48,134 nt of DNA, taken from assembly GCA_037442105.1 (NCBI GenBank), contig JBBIQV010000021.1, positions 1 through 48,134 of the forward strand. The letters run 5' to 3'. The position numbers and the translations under genes are program-made. The notes below the pieces were generated by a model, which was not told the origin of the DNA, made no database searches, and was given only the letters and a program-made list of their open reading frames with translations. Within the stretch, counting starts at the first letter, position 1; the number at the start of each line of letters is the position of its first letter. Of this stretch, positions 19,678-29,669 are shown piece by piece. This DNA is from Nitrospiraceae bacterium. Lineage in GTDB: Bacteria > Nitrospirota > Nitrospiria > Nitrospirales > Nitrospiraceae.

Positions 19678-20268
19678 TCACGCTGTGCGTAGAGCTTTAC
19701 TTCGCCCGACTGAAATATGCAGATCCTGAATCTTCTTTCTCAGGGTGTTTCGATTCAGTCCTAATAATTCGGCCGCCTGAATTTGATTCCCATTCGTTTC
19801 TTTGAGTGCCAGTTCAATCAACGGCCGCTCCACTGCCGAGATGAGCATCGGGTGGAGATCGCTGGCCGAACCATTCCGCATGCCTTTCACAAAGTCACCC
19901 ATTTTTCGCTCGAGATAATCTTCAAGCGATGGGAGCCGCCCGCCGCCGCCACTGTGAGATCCGGCAGAGCCGGTTCCTAAATCCCGCATCAGACGCGACG
20001 TTCGCCGCAACACATGGCGAGAACCCGTCACGACGAGCGTATGACGAGGATCAACAGCGTGCGGAAGCTTCCCCAGGTCGCTTACCGAACCAGACTTTGA
20101 TTCCATGATGACCGCATCAAAGGTTCGCCTCGCCGCTTCCTTCGGCACTGTCGCGACGTCCTTGGCCGAGACGATGGAAGCATCCTTAAACACCGCCTTA
20201 AACTGGTGGTGAAGGTCAGGATCGGCGCTCAGCAATAGAATGCTGAAGACAGATGAACGAACAGACAT
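19678..20268 (-). CDS. Fis-type HTH protein with a degenerate receiver-like N-terminus
   Basis: C-terminal VERPLIELALKETNGNQIQAAELLGLNRNTLRKKI. Confidence 0.85.
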   Translation of the reverse strand: MSVRSSVFSILLLSADPDLHHQFKAVFKDASIVSAKDVATVPKEAARRTFDAVIMESKSGSVSDLGKLPHAVDPRHTLVVTGSRHVLRRTSRLMRDLGTGSAGSHSGGGGRLPSLEDYLERKMGDFVKGMRNGSASDLHPMLISAVERPLIELALKETNGNQIQAAELLGLNRNTLRKKIQDLHISVGRSKALRTA

Positions 20269-20295
20269 GAAGGCACCGGCGAAGAAGAGGGCGCG

Positions 20296-20324
20296 ATTAT
20301 CACCCAGGAGATAGACTATGTCAA
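20296..20324 (-). promoter_or_regulatory. Putative sigma70 promoter for the Fis-like gene
   Basis: TTGACA-N17-GATAAT on the minus strand. Confidence 0.6.
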
Positions 20325-20678
20325 TCAGGAAAATCGGCGGGAGGCGCGTGGGATCAGCCTCCGCAGTGAATAGACAATGCAGGAACAGGAAATGATGAAG
20401 GACGCCGCGAGCGAACAGTGGTCCTAAGCAAGACGTGGTCCTAATATGAGATGCGAAGCCAGTGTGATTGGAGTGGCTGGTCGGATTGTCGTGTTCGGCT
20501 GAATGAGCGTGCCCTTTTCGGAGGAGAGTGGTCGCGAGTCAAGTTCGGACGATTGCAAGCCTGGCACGGGCAAGTCGGAAAGACGAAGAAACGCATGGTA
20601 TCTGCACCACTTGACAGGTGATCGACAGCGAATGTATATGTAATCCGCTATCTTCAATTCCTATCGGAATAGTAATAT

Positions 20679-21128
20679 ATGAAAGTGTCTTTGCGGGCGA
20701 CCTATGGAATCATGGCAGCGGTCGATCTTGCTTTGCATGACGGACAGGCTCCTGTGCAGGCAAAATCAATTGCCCGCCGCCAAGCGATCCCAGCACGTTT
20801 TTTAGAACAAGTGCTGCATGCAATGAAACGTGCGGGGCTCGTGACGAGCCAGAGAGGAGCCCAGGGAGGGTATTTGCTCAACAAGAGACCGGCCGATGTT
20901 TCGCTCGCTGAAATATTGGAAGCCTTGGACGGGCCACTCACGCCGGTTCGAGGTGGGGCTCATCCCCGGAGCATGCGGCGTGTGACGAAGCCGGAGTCTC
21001 TTTTGGCAGGAGTTTGGGATCAGGTTAAGCAAGCCGAACTCAGTGTCCTCGGTGCAGTCACGCTTGAGGAATTGGCGGGCCGCCATCAGGCGATCGAGCA
21101 AGAGAAATCCTTTGTCTACCAGATTTGA
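20679..21128 (+). CDS. Rrf2-family regulator, cysteine-free (CymR-like)
   Basis: IPARFLEQVL...SQRGAQGGYLL...VSLAEILEALDG. No Cys ligands, ends FVYQI, and leads the sulfur assimilation genes. Confidence 0.9.
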   Translation: MKVSLRATYGIMAAVDLALHDGQAPVQAKSIARRQAIPARFLEQVLHAMKRAGLVTSQRGAQGGYLLNKRPADVSLAEILEALDGPLTPVRGGAHPRSMRRVTKPESLLAGVWDQVKQAELSVLGAVTLEELAGRHQAIEQEKSFVYQI

Positions 21129-21204
21129 TGGTCGTTCAAGCAAGATACCGGCGGCGCCCACCTACCTTTCACTAAACTAAGGAAACGATAAAGCGAGGTG
21201 CAAG

Positions 21205-23709
21205 ATGAGTCCCCCCTCAGTGGTAAGCCGTTCTGTGATACAGACCACTCCGATTCCGGCTCATATCCGGGAAGAAATCGAAACCTTCGAGGCGGAAGCC
21301 AAGCGGGTGACGACCGGCGACCTGCCGAATGATCTGTTTAAGCCCTTTCGCCTCCAGTACGGCATTTACGGACAGCGCCAGAGCGGCGTGCAGATGGTGC
21401 GAATCAAGATTCCCTTCGGAGGCTTGACTGCCAACCAACTCCGCCGTGTGGCGGAACTCGCTGACCGGTATGCCACCGGAGTCGGTCATGTGACGACACG
21501 CCAAGATATCCAACTCCATTTTGTCGAGCTCAAAGATGTCCCGACCATTATGTGGGGACTCGCAGAGGTTGGGCTGACGACACGAGAAGCCTGTGCCAAT
21601 ACCGTGCGCAACGTGACAGCATGCCACTTGGCTGGGGTGTGCCAAGGCGAAGTGTTCGATGTCACGCCCTATGCGAAGACGGTCGCGCTCCACCTGCTTC
21701 GTAATCCGCTCAACCAGAGTTTGCCGCGCAAGTTCAAGATCGCCTTCTCCGGTTGCACGCATGATTGCGCCCTGACGCCCATTCACGATATCGGGCTCCT
21801 GGCTGTTCGCCGGGAAGACGATATGATCGGTTTCCGCATGGTTGTCGGCGGGGGGCTCGGCTCAGCGCCGCGCCTCGCGCAGGTCCTTCGCGAGTTCGTA
21901 CCGATGGAGGAGTTGATCCCCACCATCGAGGCCGTCATCAAAGTCTTCGACACACTCGGGAACCGCAAAAATCGGCACAAAGCGCGGATGAAATTTGTCA
22001 TCGAGAAACTCGGCTTCGACGAATTCAAACGCCGGTGGGAAGAGGCCTACGTGGCGCTCGGGCATGTCCGCCCGGTTCATGACCCGATCAAGCTGCTCCA
22101 TCACCAAGATGAACCGGCGCCGTTGATCATGCCGACCTTGAACGGAAACGGGAACGGCATGGTGCACGGTAACGGCTCTCACCATGGAGCCGTCCAGGAA
22201 TCTCCGTACGAGAGGTGGAGACGGACCAATGTCGTGAAGCAGAAGCAGGCGGGGTACGCGGCGGCCGTCATCAAACTATTTATGGGTGATCTGACGGCGG
22301 ATCAGATGTGGTTTGTGGCGGATCTTGCCGAACGGTATTCGAACGGCAACATCCGGACGACGATCAATCAAAACATGATCATCCGTTGGGTGCCGGAGCC
22401 TCGCCTTGCCCAACTATATGAAGAACTTGCAACTCAGGGGCTGGCCGATCCGGGAGCGGAATTAGTGGAAGACATCATTGCTTGCCCAGGCACCGATACC
22501 TGCGGACTTGGGATCACCTCTTCCAAAGGGTTGGCTCGCGCGCTCGCTGAAGTCTTTCCTCCGGGTCGCGTGCCCGAAGATTTGAAGGATGTCTCCGTCA
22601 AAATCAGCGGCTGCCACAATTCCTGCGCGCAGCACCACATCGCGACGATCGGCCTGCACGGCGTGGGGAAGCGGCAGGGAGACCATGTGGCTCCTCACTA
22701 TGAACTGCACCTAGGCGGCCAGGTGAATGGGACTGCGAAAATCGGCCAGATGACCGTCAAGCTACCGGCGAAAAACGTTCCGGCCGCCGTCTCGCACCTC
22801 ATTGCCGTCTACCGGCGCGATCGTCAGTCGGGAGAAAGCCTTCCGGCTTTCATCGCGCGGGTCGGCAAGCTGAAGCTGAAAGATGAACTCATTCCATTCA
22901 CGATCGTACCGAATTTCGATGAGGACCCCGGCTACTATTACGATTGGGAAGGCGAAGAGGAGTTCGTGTTGGAAGATCTCGGACCAGGCGAATGTGCAGG
23001 CGGAGCGCTGGAAATGATCGACAACCGCATGCTCGAAGCAGAGCAGGAACTTTACCAAGCCCGCTTGTTGGTCGAGAAACATCAATATTCCGTCTCGGTG
23101 AACAAGTCTTACCGCGCAGTCTTGGCGGCAGCGAAAGCCTTGCTTGTGACGGAAGGCCTCGATCCAGCGACCGATGCGGAGACATTCAGCGAGTTCGAAC
23201 AGCGGTTCGCTCCCCGAGGGGTGGTGCCTGCGTCCTATCGGAATTTGGGGGCGCAAATCGGGGACTTAGGTCCCAAAGACACGACTCCTGAATCGGCATC
23301 GGCGAAACTGAACTTTGCGAAGGGGTTCGTGGATGTCTGCCGAGCTGCGACCGAACAAATGGGGAAAGATCTCAAACTGGCCCAGACCGGCGCGAGCGTT
23401 CAGACGCCGGCCGAGCCCGCCGCACCGCAAGAAGCCGAACAGCCGGACACGGCACCGGTGGTCCCATCGACAGGCGCGCCTGTTTACGATTTGCGCGGAG
23501 TCGCGTGTCCGTTGAACTATGTGAAGACGAAGTTGAAACTCGAAATGATGGACGCCGGCGAGCGACTCGAGGTATGGCTCGATGCGGGAGAGCCGATCAA
23601 GAACGTGCCCATGAGCCTGCGTAACGACGGGCACAAGATTTTGGCTGAAGAGCCTTTGGAGCCGGAGGCGGCGCACTTCAGAGTGCTGGTCGAGAAAGTG
23701 GAGGGATGA
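21205..23709 (+). CDS. Siroheme sulfite/nitrite reductase fused to HEPN-like and TusA domains
   Basis: TTRQDIQLH, LPRKFKIAFSGC, ACPGTDTCGLG and KISGCHNSC. HEPN-like SYRAVLAAAKALL; TusA YDLRGVACPLNYVKTK. Confidence 0.9.
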   Translation: MSPPSVVSRSVIQTTPIPAHIREEIETFEAEAKRVTTGDLPNDLFKPFRLQYGIYGQRQSGVQMVRIKIPFGGLTANQLRRVAELADRYATGVGHVTTRQDIQLHFVELKDVPTIMWGLAEVGLTTREACANTVRNVTACHLAGVCQGEVFDVTPYAKTVALHLLRNPLNQSLPRKFKIAFSGCTHDCALTPIHDIGLLAVRREDDMIGFRMVVGGGLGSAPRLAQVLREFVPMEELIPTIEAVIKVFDTLGNRKNRHKARMKFVIEKLGFDEFKRRWEEAYVALGHVRPVHDPIKLLHHQDEPAPLIMPTLNGNGNGMVHGNGSHHGAVQESPYERWRRTNVVKQKQAGYAAAVIKLFMGDLTADQMWFVADLAERYSNGNIRTTINQNMIIRWVPEPRLAQLYEELATQGLADPGAELVEDIIACPGTDTCGLGITSSKGLARALAEVFPPGRVPEDLKDVSVKISGCHNSCAQHHIATIGLHGVGKRQGDHVAPHYELHLGGQVNGTAKIGQMTVKLPAKNVPAAVSHLIAVYRRDRQSGESLPAFIARVGKLKLKDELIPFTIVPNFDEDPGYYYDWEGEEEFVLEDLGPGECAGGALEMIDNRMLEAEQELYQARLLVEKHQYSVSVNKSYRAVLAAAKALLVTEGLDPATDAETFSEFEQRFAPRGVVPASYRNLGAQIGDLGPKDTTPESASAKLNFAKGFVDVCRAATEQMGKDLKLAQTGASVQTPAEPAAPQEAEQPDTAPVVPSTGAPVYDLRGVACPLNYVKTKLKLEMMDAGERLEVWLDAGEPIKNVPMSLRNDGHKILAEEPLEPEAAHFRVLVEKVEG

Positions 23710-23808
23710 CCGAGGGGCGGCGGGGCCAGCCCATGCTCCCGGAGCCCGCACTTCAGAAAGTGCTCGCTCGACGGCCGCAAACGGGCTGGCCCCGCCGCCC
23801 CTCGGTCA
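23707..23808 (+). repeat. Structured intergenic element, copy 1
   Basis: Perfect 26-bp inverted arms (23707-23732 / 23783-23808) enclosing TGCTCCCGGAGCCCGCAC...GTGCTCGCTCGACGGCCGCA. Confidence 0.85.
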
Positions 23809-23911
23809 AGGCGGAAGAGACAGGAGAAGAATAAGGGAATCGCGCTGGACGCGCGCAGTGGAGGGCAGCCCTACCACCCTCTCCAAGATGTGGAAGGAAA
23901 GAAAGGAAAGA

Positions 23912-24634
23912 ATGGAGAGCGAAAACTGGATGTTGAGCCGGCCGGCGGATGAGGCGTTGAAGGCCTTGAGCGATTCGTTCGAGGCCAAACAGCCTTGGGA
24001 CGTGGTGGCCTATGCGCTGGACCATTATTCCCCGCGCATCATACTGGCGTGCAGCTTCGGCGCGGAGGATGTCGCGCTGATCGATATGATGCACCGGATC
24101 AATCCGAAAGCAGTCCTGTTTTACCTCGATACGGACTTTCTGTTTCCGGAAACCTACGATGTGCGCAACCGGATCGTCGACCGGTACGGCTTGTCGTCGG
24201 ACCAAGTCATTCAGATGAGATCCGTGCTGACCCCCGAGCAGCAGGCGGCTCAGTGTGGAGAGGCACTGTGGTCGAAAGATCCAGACCGCTGCTGCCAGTT
24301 GCGGAAGGTCGAGCCGTTGACCAGAGTCCTCAGCGGGTATGCCGCCTGGATTACCGGCATCCGTCGCGATCAGGCGCCGACCAGAGCCACTGCGGGCATT
24401 GTGGAATGGGATCGGAAATTCAATCTCGTGAAGTTCAATCCGCTGGCCCGATGGACATCCGATGATGTGTGGACGTACATCCGAATCCATGAAGTTCCCT
24501 ACAATGTCCTGCACGACCGGAATTATCCCAGTATCGGATGCACCCACTGCACTGCACCGGTCCTCCCTGGTGACGATCCGCGCTCGGGGCGTTGGAAGAA
24601 CTTCGGCAAGACCGAGTGCGGACTCCACAAGTAA
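23912..24634 (+). CDS. cysH: APS/PAPS reductase (Fe-S type)
   Basis: SFGAED, LDTDFLFPETY, CC (DRCCQLRK), CxxC (SIGCTHC) and C-terminal ECGLH. Confidence 0.95.
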   Translation: MESENWMLSRPADEALKALSDSFEAKQPWDVVAYALDHYSPRIILACSFGAEDVALIDMMHRINPKAVLFYLDTDFLFPETYDVRNRIVDRYGLSSDQVIQMRSVLTPEQQAAQCGEALWSKDPDRCCQLRKVEPLTRVLSGYAAWITGIRRDQAPTRATAGIVEWDRKFNLVKFNPLARWTSDDVWTYIRIHEVPYNVLHDRNYPSIGCTHCTAPVLPGDDPRSGRWKNFGKTECGLHK

Positions 24635-24655
24635 GTCCGTCTCCCGCAGGATCAC

Positions 24656-25711
24656 ATGACCAGCATCCAGCCGCTCATTGCCAAGATCGCCAAGGGGCAA
24701 AAGACCTCGAAGGACCTCACGTGGGAAGAGGCCAAGCAGGCGATCCGATCCTTGATCGAGGGCGAAGCCACACCGGTCCAGGTTGGGGCGTTCCTGGTCG
24801 CCATGCGAATCAAGACAGAGTCCGTGACGGAACTGGCGGCCTTCACGGCGGCGGCACGGCAATATGTCCAACCGCTGGCGAACCCCTCCGGGCTCCCGTT
24901 GGTCGATCTGCCGACCTACGCCGGAAAGCAGGACACCTTTCATGCCTCAATCGGCGCCGCCATTGTGGCTGCAGCAGCGGGTGTGGCGGTGCTTATGCAC
25001 GGCGCCGAGGAGATTTCAGAACGGCCTGGCACGGCCTCTCTTCTGATGACCCTAGGTATTCCGGTGGACTTACGGCCTCCCGATGTGGCGGAAAGGCTCG
25101 CTGCCAAAGGATTTGCTTATCTGGACATGGCGTTGTATCACCCGCCCATCGGCCGGTTTCTGGAACTGCGGAATGAGCTGGGGGTGCGGACCCTCTTCCA
25201 TCCGGTTGCGCGGATGCTCAATCCGGCGCGTGCCGCATCGCAAGTCATCGGCATTCAACATCCGCCCTATTTCGAGAAGACCGTGGAGGCCTTGCGAATG
25301 CTGGGCTGTCCTCGTGCCTTAGTCCTCCGCGGAGTTGAGGGAGAGCCGGAACTCTCCATCTCGTCGATGACGCCGGTGCTGGAGCTCCATAACGACCGCA
25401 TCACTCCACTGTCGATGAGGCCGAAAGATGTCGGATTGCCTGCCGGGTTGCAGCAGGAGATGGCGGGGTTTCCACGCGAGCAACGCGGCCGGGAAGCGGA
25501 ATTGCTCCGACGCATCTTGCGCAACGCATTGCGGGGAGGCCAGCGAGATTGGATTGTCTTGAACGCCGCGATGCTCCTCTATGCTGCGGGCAAGGGACCG
25601 TCAATTGCCTCCTGCGTGCCAGTGGCCCACCAGACCATTGAATCCGGTGCCGCGGCACGGAAACTGGCGGAGTTAACCCACAGCAATCAGCTTTCAGCCA
25701 TCAGCCCTTAG
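24656..25711 (+). CDS. TrpD-fold glycosyltransferase-like protein (YbiB/TrpD2-like)
   Basis: [39 protein letters not shown] and [10 protein letters not shown]. Lacks the TrpD GTGGD motif. Confidence 0.8.
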   Translation: MTSIQPLIAKIAKGQKTSKDLTWEEAKQAIRSLIEGEATPVQVGAFLVAMRIKTESVTELAAFTAAARQYVQPLANPSGLPLVDLPTYAGKQDTFHASIGAAIVAAAAGVAVLMHGAEEISERPGTASLLMTLGIPVDLRPPDVAERLAAKGFAYLDMALYHPPIGRFLELRNELGVRTLFHPVARMLNPARAASQVIGIQHPPYFEKTVEALRMLGCPRALVLRGVEGEPELSISSMTPVLELHNDRITPLSMRPKDVGLPAGLQQEMAGFPREQRGREAELLRRILRNALRGGQRDWIVLNAAMLLYAAGKGPSIASCVPVAHQTIESGAAARKLAELTHSNQLSAISP

Positions 25712-25719
25712 CGAGGCCT

Positions 25720-26517
25720 ATGAAGCATCTGCGCCAGTTGGAAGATCAGAGCGTCTATATCTTGCGTGAAGCCTACAAGCACTTCGACAATCTGGCCATG
25801 CTCTGGTCGATGGGCAAGGATTCGACGGTCCTGCTTTGGCTGGCGAGAAAGGCCTTCTTCGGACATGTGCCTTTTCCCCTGCTCCACGTGGATACCAGCT
25901 ACAAGATTCCCGCGATGATTGAGTACCGGGATCGGTTGGCGCGCGAGTGGCGTCTGAATCTGGTGGTCGGCCAGAACAAGGAGGCGCTCGCAGCCGGAAT
26001 GAATCCCAGCATGGGACGCGTGACTTGCTGCACGGCATTGAAGACGAACGGGCTGAAACAACTGATCGAGCAGAAGGGCTATACCGGGATTATTCTGGGC
26101 GTCCGCGCCGACGAGGAAGGCACGCGCGCGAAAGAGCGGTATTTCTCGCCGCGGGATAAGCACGGAGACTGGGACTTTCGTGACCAGCCGCCCGAGCTGT
26201 GGGACCAGTTCAAGACGACTTTCCCGCCCGGCACGCACATTCGGATTCATCCGTTGCTGGATTGGACTGAAATCAACATCTGGGAATACATCAAGTTCGA
26301 AAACATTCCCTTCATGGACCTCTACTTGGACAAAGGCGACGGAACGCGCTACCGCAGCCTGGGCTGCGCGCCCTGTACGTTTCCGATCAAGTCAACCGCC
26401 AAGACGGTGGATGACATTATTGAAGAGCTCCGTCACACCACCGTTGCCGAGCGCGCCGGGCGGGCGCAAGATGAGGGGCGGGGGATGGAGTTGCTGCGCA
26501 AGGACGGGTATATGTGA
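25720..26517 (+). CDS. cysD: Sulfate adenylyltransferase small subunit
   Basis: [31 protein letters not shown] and [12 protein letters not shown]. Confidence 0.95.
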   Translation: MKHLRQLEDQSVYILREAYKHFDNLAMLWSMGKDSTVLLWLARKAFFGHVPFPLLHVDTSYKIPAMIEYRDRLAREWRLNLVVGQNKEALAAGMNPSMGRVTCCTALKTNGLKQLIEQKGYTGIILGVRADEEGTRAKERYFSPRDKHGDWDFRDQPPELWDQFKTTFPPGTHIRIHPLLDWTEINIWEYIKFENIPFMDLYLDKGDGTRYRSLGCAPCTFPIKSTAKTVDDIIEELRHTTVAERAGRAQDEGRGMELLRKDGYM

Positions 26518-26520
26518 GTG

Positions 26521-26716
26521 GGATGTCCAGGATGGAGTCGCGGGGCCTCCCGCCTAGTCCTCTTGCTCCCGCACCCCGCACGCGTGGGTACGGGAGGGGA
26601 ATTAGTTTGGGCCCCCTCCCGTGTCGAGCGCAGCTCGACCCAATAGAAGAAGCGTGCTCGGTGGACGGCCGCAGTTGAGGACTAGGCGGGAGGCCCCGCG
26701 ACGCGTACGAACATCC
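26521..26716 (+). repeat. Structured intergenic element, copy 2
   Basis: Perfect 26-bp arms (26537-26562 / 26677-26702) enclosing TGCTCCCGCACCCCGCAC...GTGCTCGGTGGACGGCCGCA and a multibranch apex. Confidence 0.85.
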
Positions 26717-26734
26717 TGTCTGGAGTGTGAGGGA

Positions 26735-28579
26735 ATGGGGACGGTCGTGACTCAGCCTGCTGAAACCATGAATATCGTCATCGTCGGGCATGTGGACCAT
26801 GGGAAGTCCACGTTGCTGGGGCGGCTCTATGCCGATACCGGATCCCTGCCGGACGGCAAGTTGGACAAGGTGCAGGCGATCTGCCGACAGCAGGGGAAAG
26901 AGTTCGAATACGCCTTCCTGTTCGATGCGTTCTTGGAGGAGCAGGAGCAGGGTATCACCATCGACATGGCGCGGACCTTTTTCATCTGGAAGGGGCGGCA
27001 ATACATCATCATCGATGCACCGGGGCATAAGGAATTCCTGAAGAACATGATCTCGGGCGCGGCAAGGGCCGAGGCGGCGTTGCTCTTGATCGATGCCTTG
27101 GAGGGGGTGAGGGAACAGTCCAAGAAGCATGGCTACCTCCTGTCCCTTCTCGGCGTGCGGCAGTTTGCCGTGGTGGTCAACAAGATGGATCTGGTCGGTT
27201 ATCGGCAGGATGTTTTCGAGGGGATCGAGAAGGAGTATCGGGAGTTCCTCGGCCAGTTCAAAGCGGTTCCGGAACGGATCATCCCGGTCAGCGCGAAGTT
27301 GGGCGACAACATCGTGACTCCGAGCGCACAGATGCCCTGGTATCAAGGACCAACCGTGCTGGACACGCTGGGCCTGTTCAGAAAAGAAACGGCGCGGTCG
27401 GAGCAGCCGCTTCGCTTTCCCGTCCAGGATGTCTACAAGTTCGACGCGCGCCGGATCATTGCAGGACGCGTTGCGGCAGGGCGCCTCAAGGTTGGCGATC
27501 GCCTGGTCTTTTCTCCATCCAATAAAGCGGCCAACATCCGAACGGTGGAAGCCTTCAACATCGAACCCCCTCCCACCGAGGCGCAAGCGGGACAGTCGGT
27601 CGGAGTGACGCTGGATGAGCAAATCTTCGTCGAGCGGGGCGAGATTGCCTCTCATCAAGAGACCCTGCCCCTGGTCTCCACGGCCTTTCGCGCGAACCTG
27701 TTCTGGCTGGGCAAACGGCCGCTCGAGCGGGGGCGTAAATATCAGCTTCGCCTCGCCACCCGTGAAACGGATTGCGAAGTGGCGACGATTCACCGGATCA
27801 TCGACACGATGGACCTCGCCCAGCAACAGGGCGGAACATCGGTCGCCAAGAATCAGGTGGCCGAACTGACGCTGCGGACCAAGTTGCCGGTGGCGTTTGA
27901 CCTTTCAGCTTCCTTTGAAGCGACAGGACGATTCGTGCTCGTCGACGACTACGATATCGCCGGAGGCGGCATCGTCACCGAACTGGTCCGCGACGAACAG
28001 GATTTTTTGCGCGAGGAAGCGCGGCGGCGGGACTTTGCCTGGGTGAAAGGAGAGGTCAACGCGGAACAGCGGGCGCAACAATACGGCCATCGCGCGGCGC
28101 TGGTGCTCTTGACCGGCGGACGGCATACCGGGAAATCGTTCTTGGCCAGGAAACTCGAGACTCGCCTGGTGGCGGACGGGCGGCATGCCTACCTGCTCGA
28201 CGGCGAGAATCTGCGCCGCGGCTTGGATGCGGATTTGTCTGAGGAGGAGAAGACGCAGACGGCCGAAATGGCTCGACGGTATGGGGAAGTCGCCCGTCTC
28301 CTCATCGACACGGGCCTGCTCGTGGTTTCCACGACGAATCCCTTCGGGTTGGCCTATCGTGATGCTCTGGCGTCGATCCGGACGTTGGTTCACCCTGCAC
28401 CGGTCATCGCCGTGCACATGAGTAAGACTGAAGAAGACCCTCCCCCCAATACGGACCTCCATTTGACCGGTCCCCAAGATTTTGACGAAGCAGCCCACCG
28501 CATTGTCGAGGAGCTGAAGCGCCGCGGCGTGTTGGCACAGACGATTGGGAACAAGCCGACCTTCCAGTATTCGATCTAA
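26735..28579 (+). CDS. cysN: Sulfate adenylyltransferase large subunit with a degenerate APS-kinase domain
   Basis: [21 protein letters not shown] and NKMD. C-terminal TGGRHTGKS and [11 protein letters not shown]. Confidence 0.93.
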   Translation: MGTVVTQPAETMNIVIVGHVDHGKSTLLGRLYADTGSLPDGKLDKVQAICRQQGKEFEYAFLFDAFLEEQEQGITIDMARTFFIWKGRQYIIIDAPGHKEFLKNMISGAARAEAALLLIDALEGVREQSKKHGYLLSLLGVRQFAVVVNKMDLVGYRQDVFEGIEKEYREFLGQFKAVPERIIPVSAKLGDNIVTPSAQMPWYQGPTVLDTLGLFRKETARSEQPLRFPVQDVYKFDARRIIAGRVAAGRLKVGDRLVFSPSNKAANIRTVEAFNIEPPPTEAQAGQSVGVTLDEQIFVERGEIASHQETLPLVSTAFRANLFWLGKRPLERGRKYQLRLATRETDCEVATIHRIIDTMDLAQQQGGTSVAKNQVAELTLRTKLPVAFDLSASFEATGRFVLVDDYDIAGGGIVTELVRDEQDFLREEARRRDFAWVKGEVNAEQRAQQYGHRAALVLLTGGRHTGKSFLARKLETRLVADGRHAYLLDGENLRRGLDADLSEEEKTQTAEMARRYGEVARLLIDTGLLVVSTTNPFGLAYRDALASIRTLVHPAPVIAVHMSKTEEDPPPNTDLHLTGPQDFDEAAHRIVEELKRRGVLAQTIGNKPTFQYSI

Positions 28580-28675
28580 TAAGACGAGCGAACAGCGCGC
28601 AGCAAATAGCGAAGAGCAGGAACTCGTAGCTACCCGCCGCTGGCGATCCGCTGCGGGTCAGTTGCTGCAGGTGGT

Positions 28676-28705
28676 TTGACTCGCCAGAAACGGCTGTGCT
28701 ACGGT
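28676..28705 (+). promoter_or_regulatory. Putative sigma70 promoter for mrp
   Basis: TTGACT-N18-TACGGT with a TGn extension. Confidence 0.5.
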
Positions 28706-28751
28706 AACCCTCGCTGAAAAATCCAGCCTGCAGAGGCAAGGGGTGGTGGCG

Positions 28752-29669
28752 ATGGCTGACAAAGATCTGAAAACCATTCTGAGCAAGTTGCACTATGCGG
28801 ACGACGCCCACGTCGTCCAGCAAATCACCGAGCAGATGCGGCAAGTGCAGGCTCGCATGGCCGGCATCAAGCATAAGCTGGTCGTGATGAGCGGGAAAGG
28901 CGGCGTCGGCAAAAGCATGACGACCGTCAATCTGGCCCTGGCCTTTGCTCGCCAGGGGGCGAAAGTCGGGTTGCTCGACGTGGACTTGAATGGTCCCTGC
29001 GTCCCGCGCATGTTGGGGTTGCACGGGCAGTCGCTGTCGATGACGCCCGAAGGAGCGATTCCCCCCATCGGCCCGTTGGGTGTCAAGGTCGCGTCGATGG
29101 ACTTCTTCTTGGGCGCTGCCTCGCCCGTACGCTGGAAAGGACCGATGGATGTCAGCCCGGTCTGGCTGGGCGTGATGGAGATGAACGTCATCCGGGAATT
29201 TCTCGCCGATGTCGCATGGGGCGATCTGGATTATTTGTTGGCCGATCTCCCACCAGGCGCGGCTGCCGATAAGCCGCCGGTGATCGCGGGGTTTATCCCC
29301 GATCTGGCGGGAGCAATCGTCGTGACGACGCCGTCGGAAGTCGCCTCGGATGTCGTGCAGAAGTCGGTGACCTACGCCCGCGACATGGGCATTCGCGTGT
29401 TGGGCATTGTCGAGAACATGAGCCAATACCGCTGTCCGTCCTGTGGCGAAGAACACGAGTTGTTCGAGGGCAATACGGAAGCCATGTGCGAGGCGCTCGA
29501 TCTGCCGCTGTTGGGACGTATTCCCTTCGACCGGAAGCTCGCCCGGACCTTTGACAAGGGATCGCCGTTGCTCGATGAGACCTATCCCACCATCCAGCGG
29601 TATCAAGAAATTGCGGGACGCATCAGGACATTGCTCGACTACAAGAAGGTACTTGCCGACAAATTATGA
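28752..29669 (+). CDS. Mrp/ApbC/NBP35 Fe-S cluster carrier ATPase
   Basis: SGKGGVGKS, DVDLNGP, DLPPG and VENMSQYRCPSC. Confidence 0.93.
   Translation: MADKDLKTILSKLHYADDAHVVQQITEQMRQVQARMAGIKHKLVVMSGKGGVGKSMTTVNLALAFARQGAKVGLLDVDLNGPCVPRMLGLHGQSLSMTPEGAIPPIGPLGVKVASMDFFLGAASPVRWKGPMDVSPVWLGVMEMNVIREFLADVAWGDLDYLLADLPPGAAADKPPVIAGFIPDLAGAIVVTTPSEVASDVVQKSVTYARDMGIRVLGIVENMSQYRCPSCGEEHELFEGNTEAMCEALDLPLLGRIPFDRKLARTFDKGSPLLDETYPTIQRYQEIAGRIRTLLDYKKVLADKL

Noticed and set aside
20550..20580. Possible sigma54 promoter (TGGCAC)
   Set aside because: No TTGC at the required spacing.
20424..20657. 77-aa ORF in the Fis/Rrf2 intergenic region
   Set aside because: Overlaps the Rrf2 promoter region, with no RBS or motif.
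24656..25711. Annotation as trpD
   Set aside because: Lacks the GTGGD PRPP-binding motif and any trp context.
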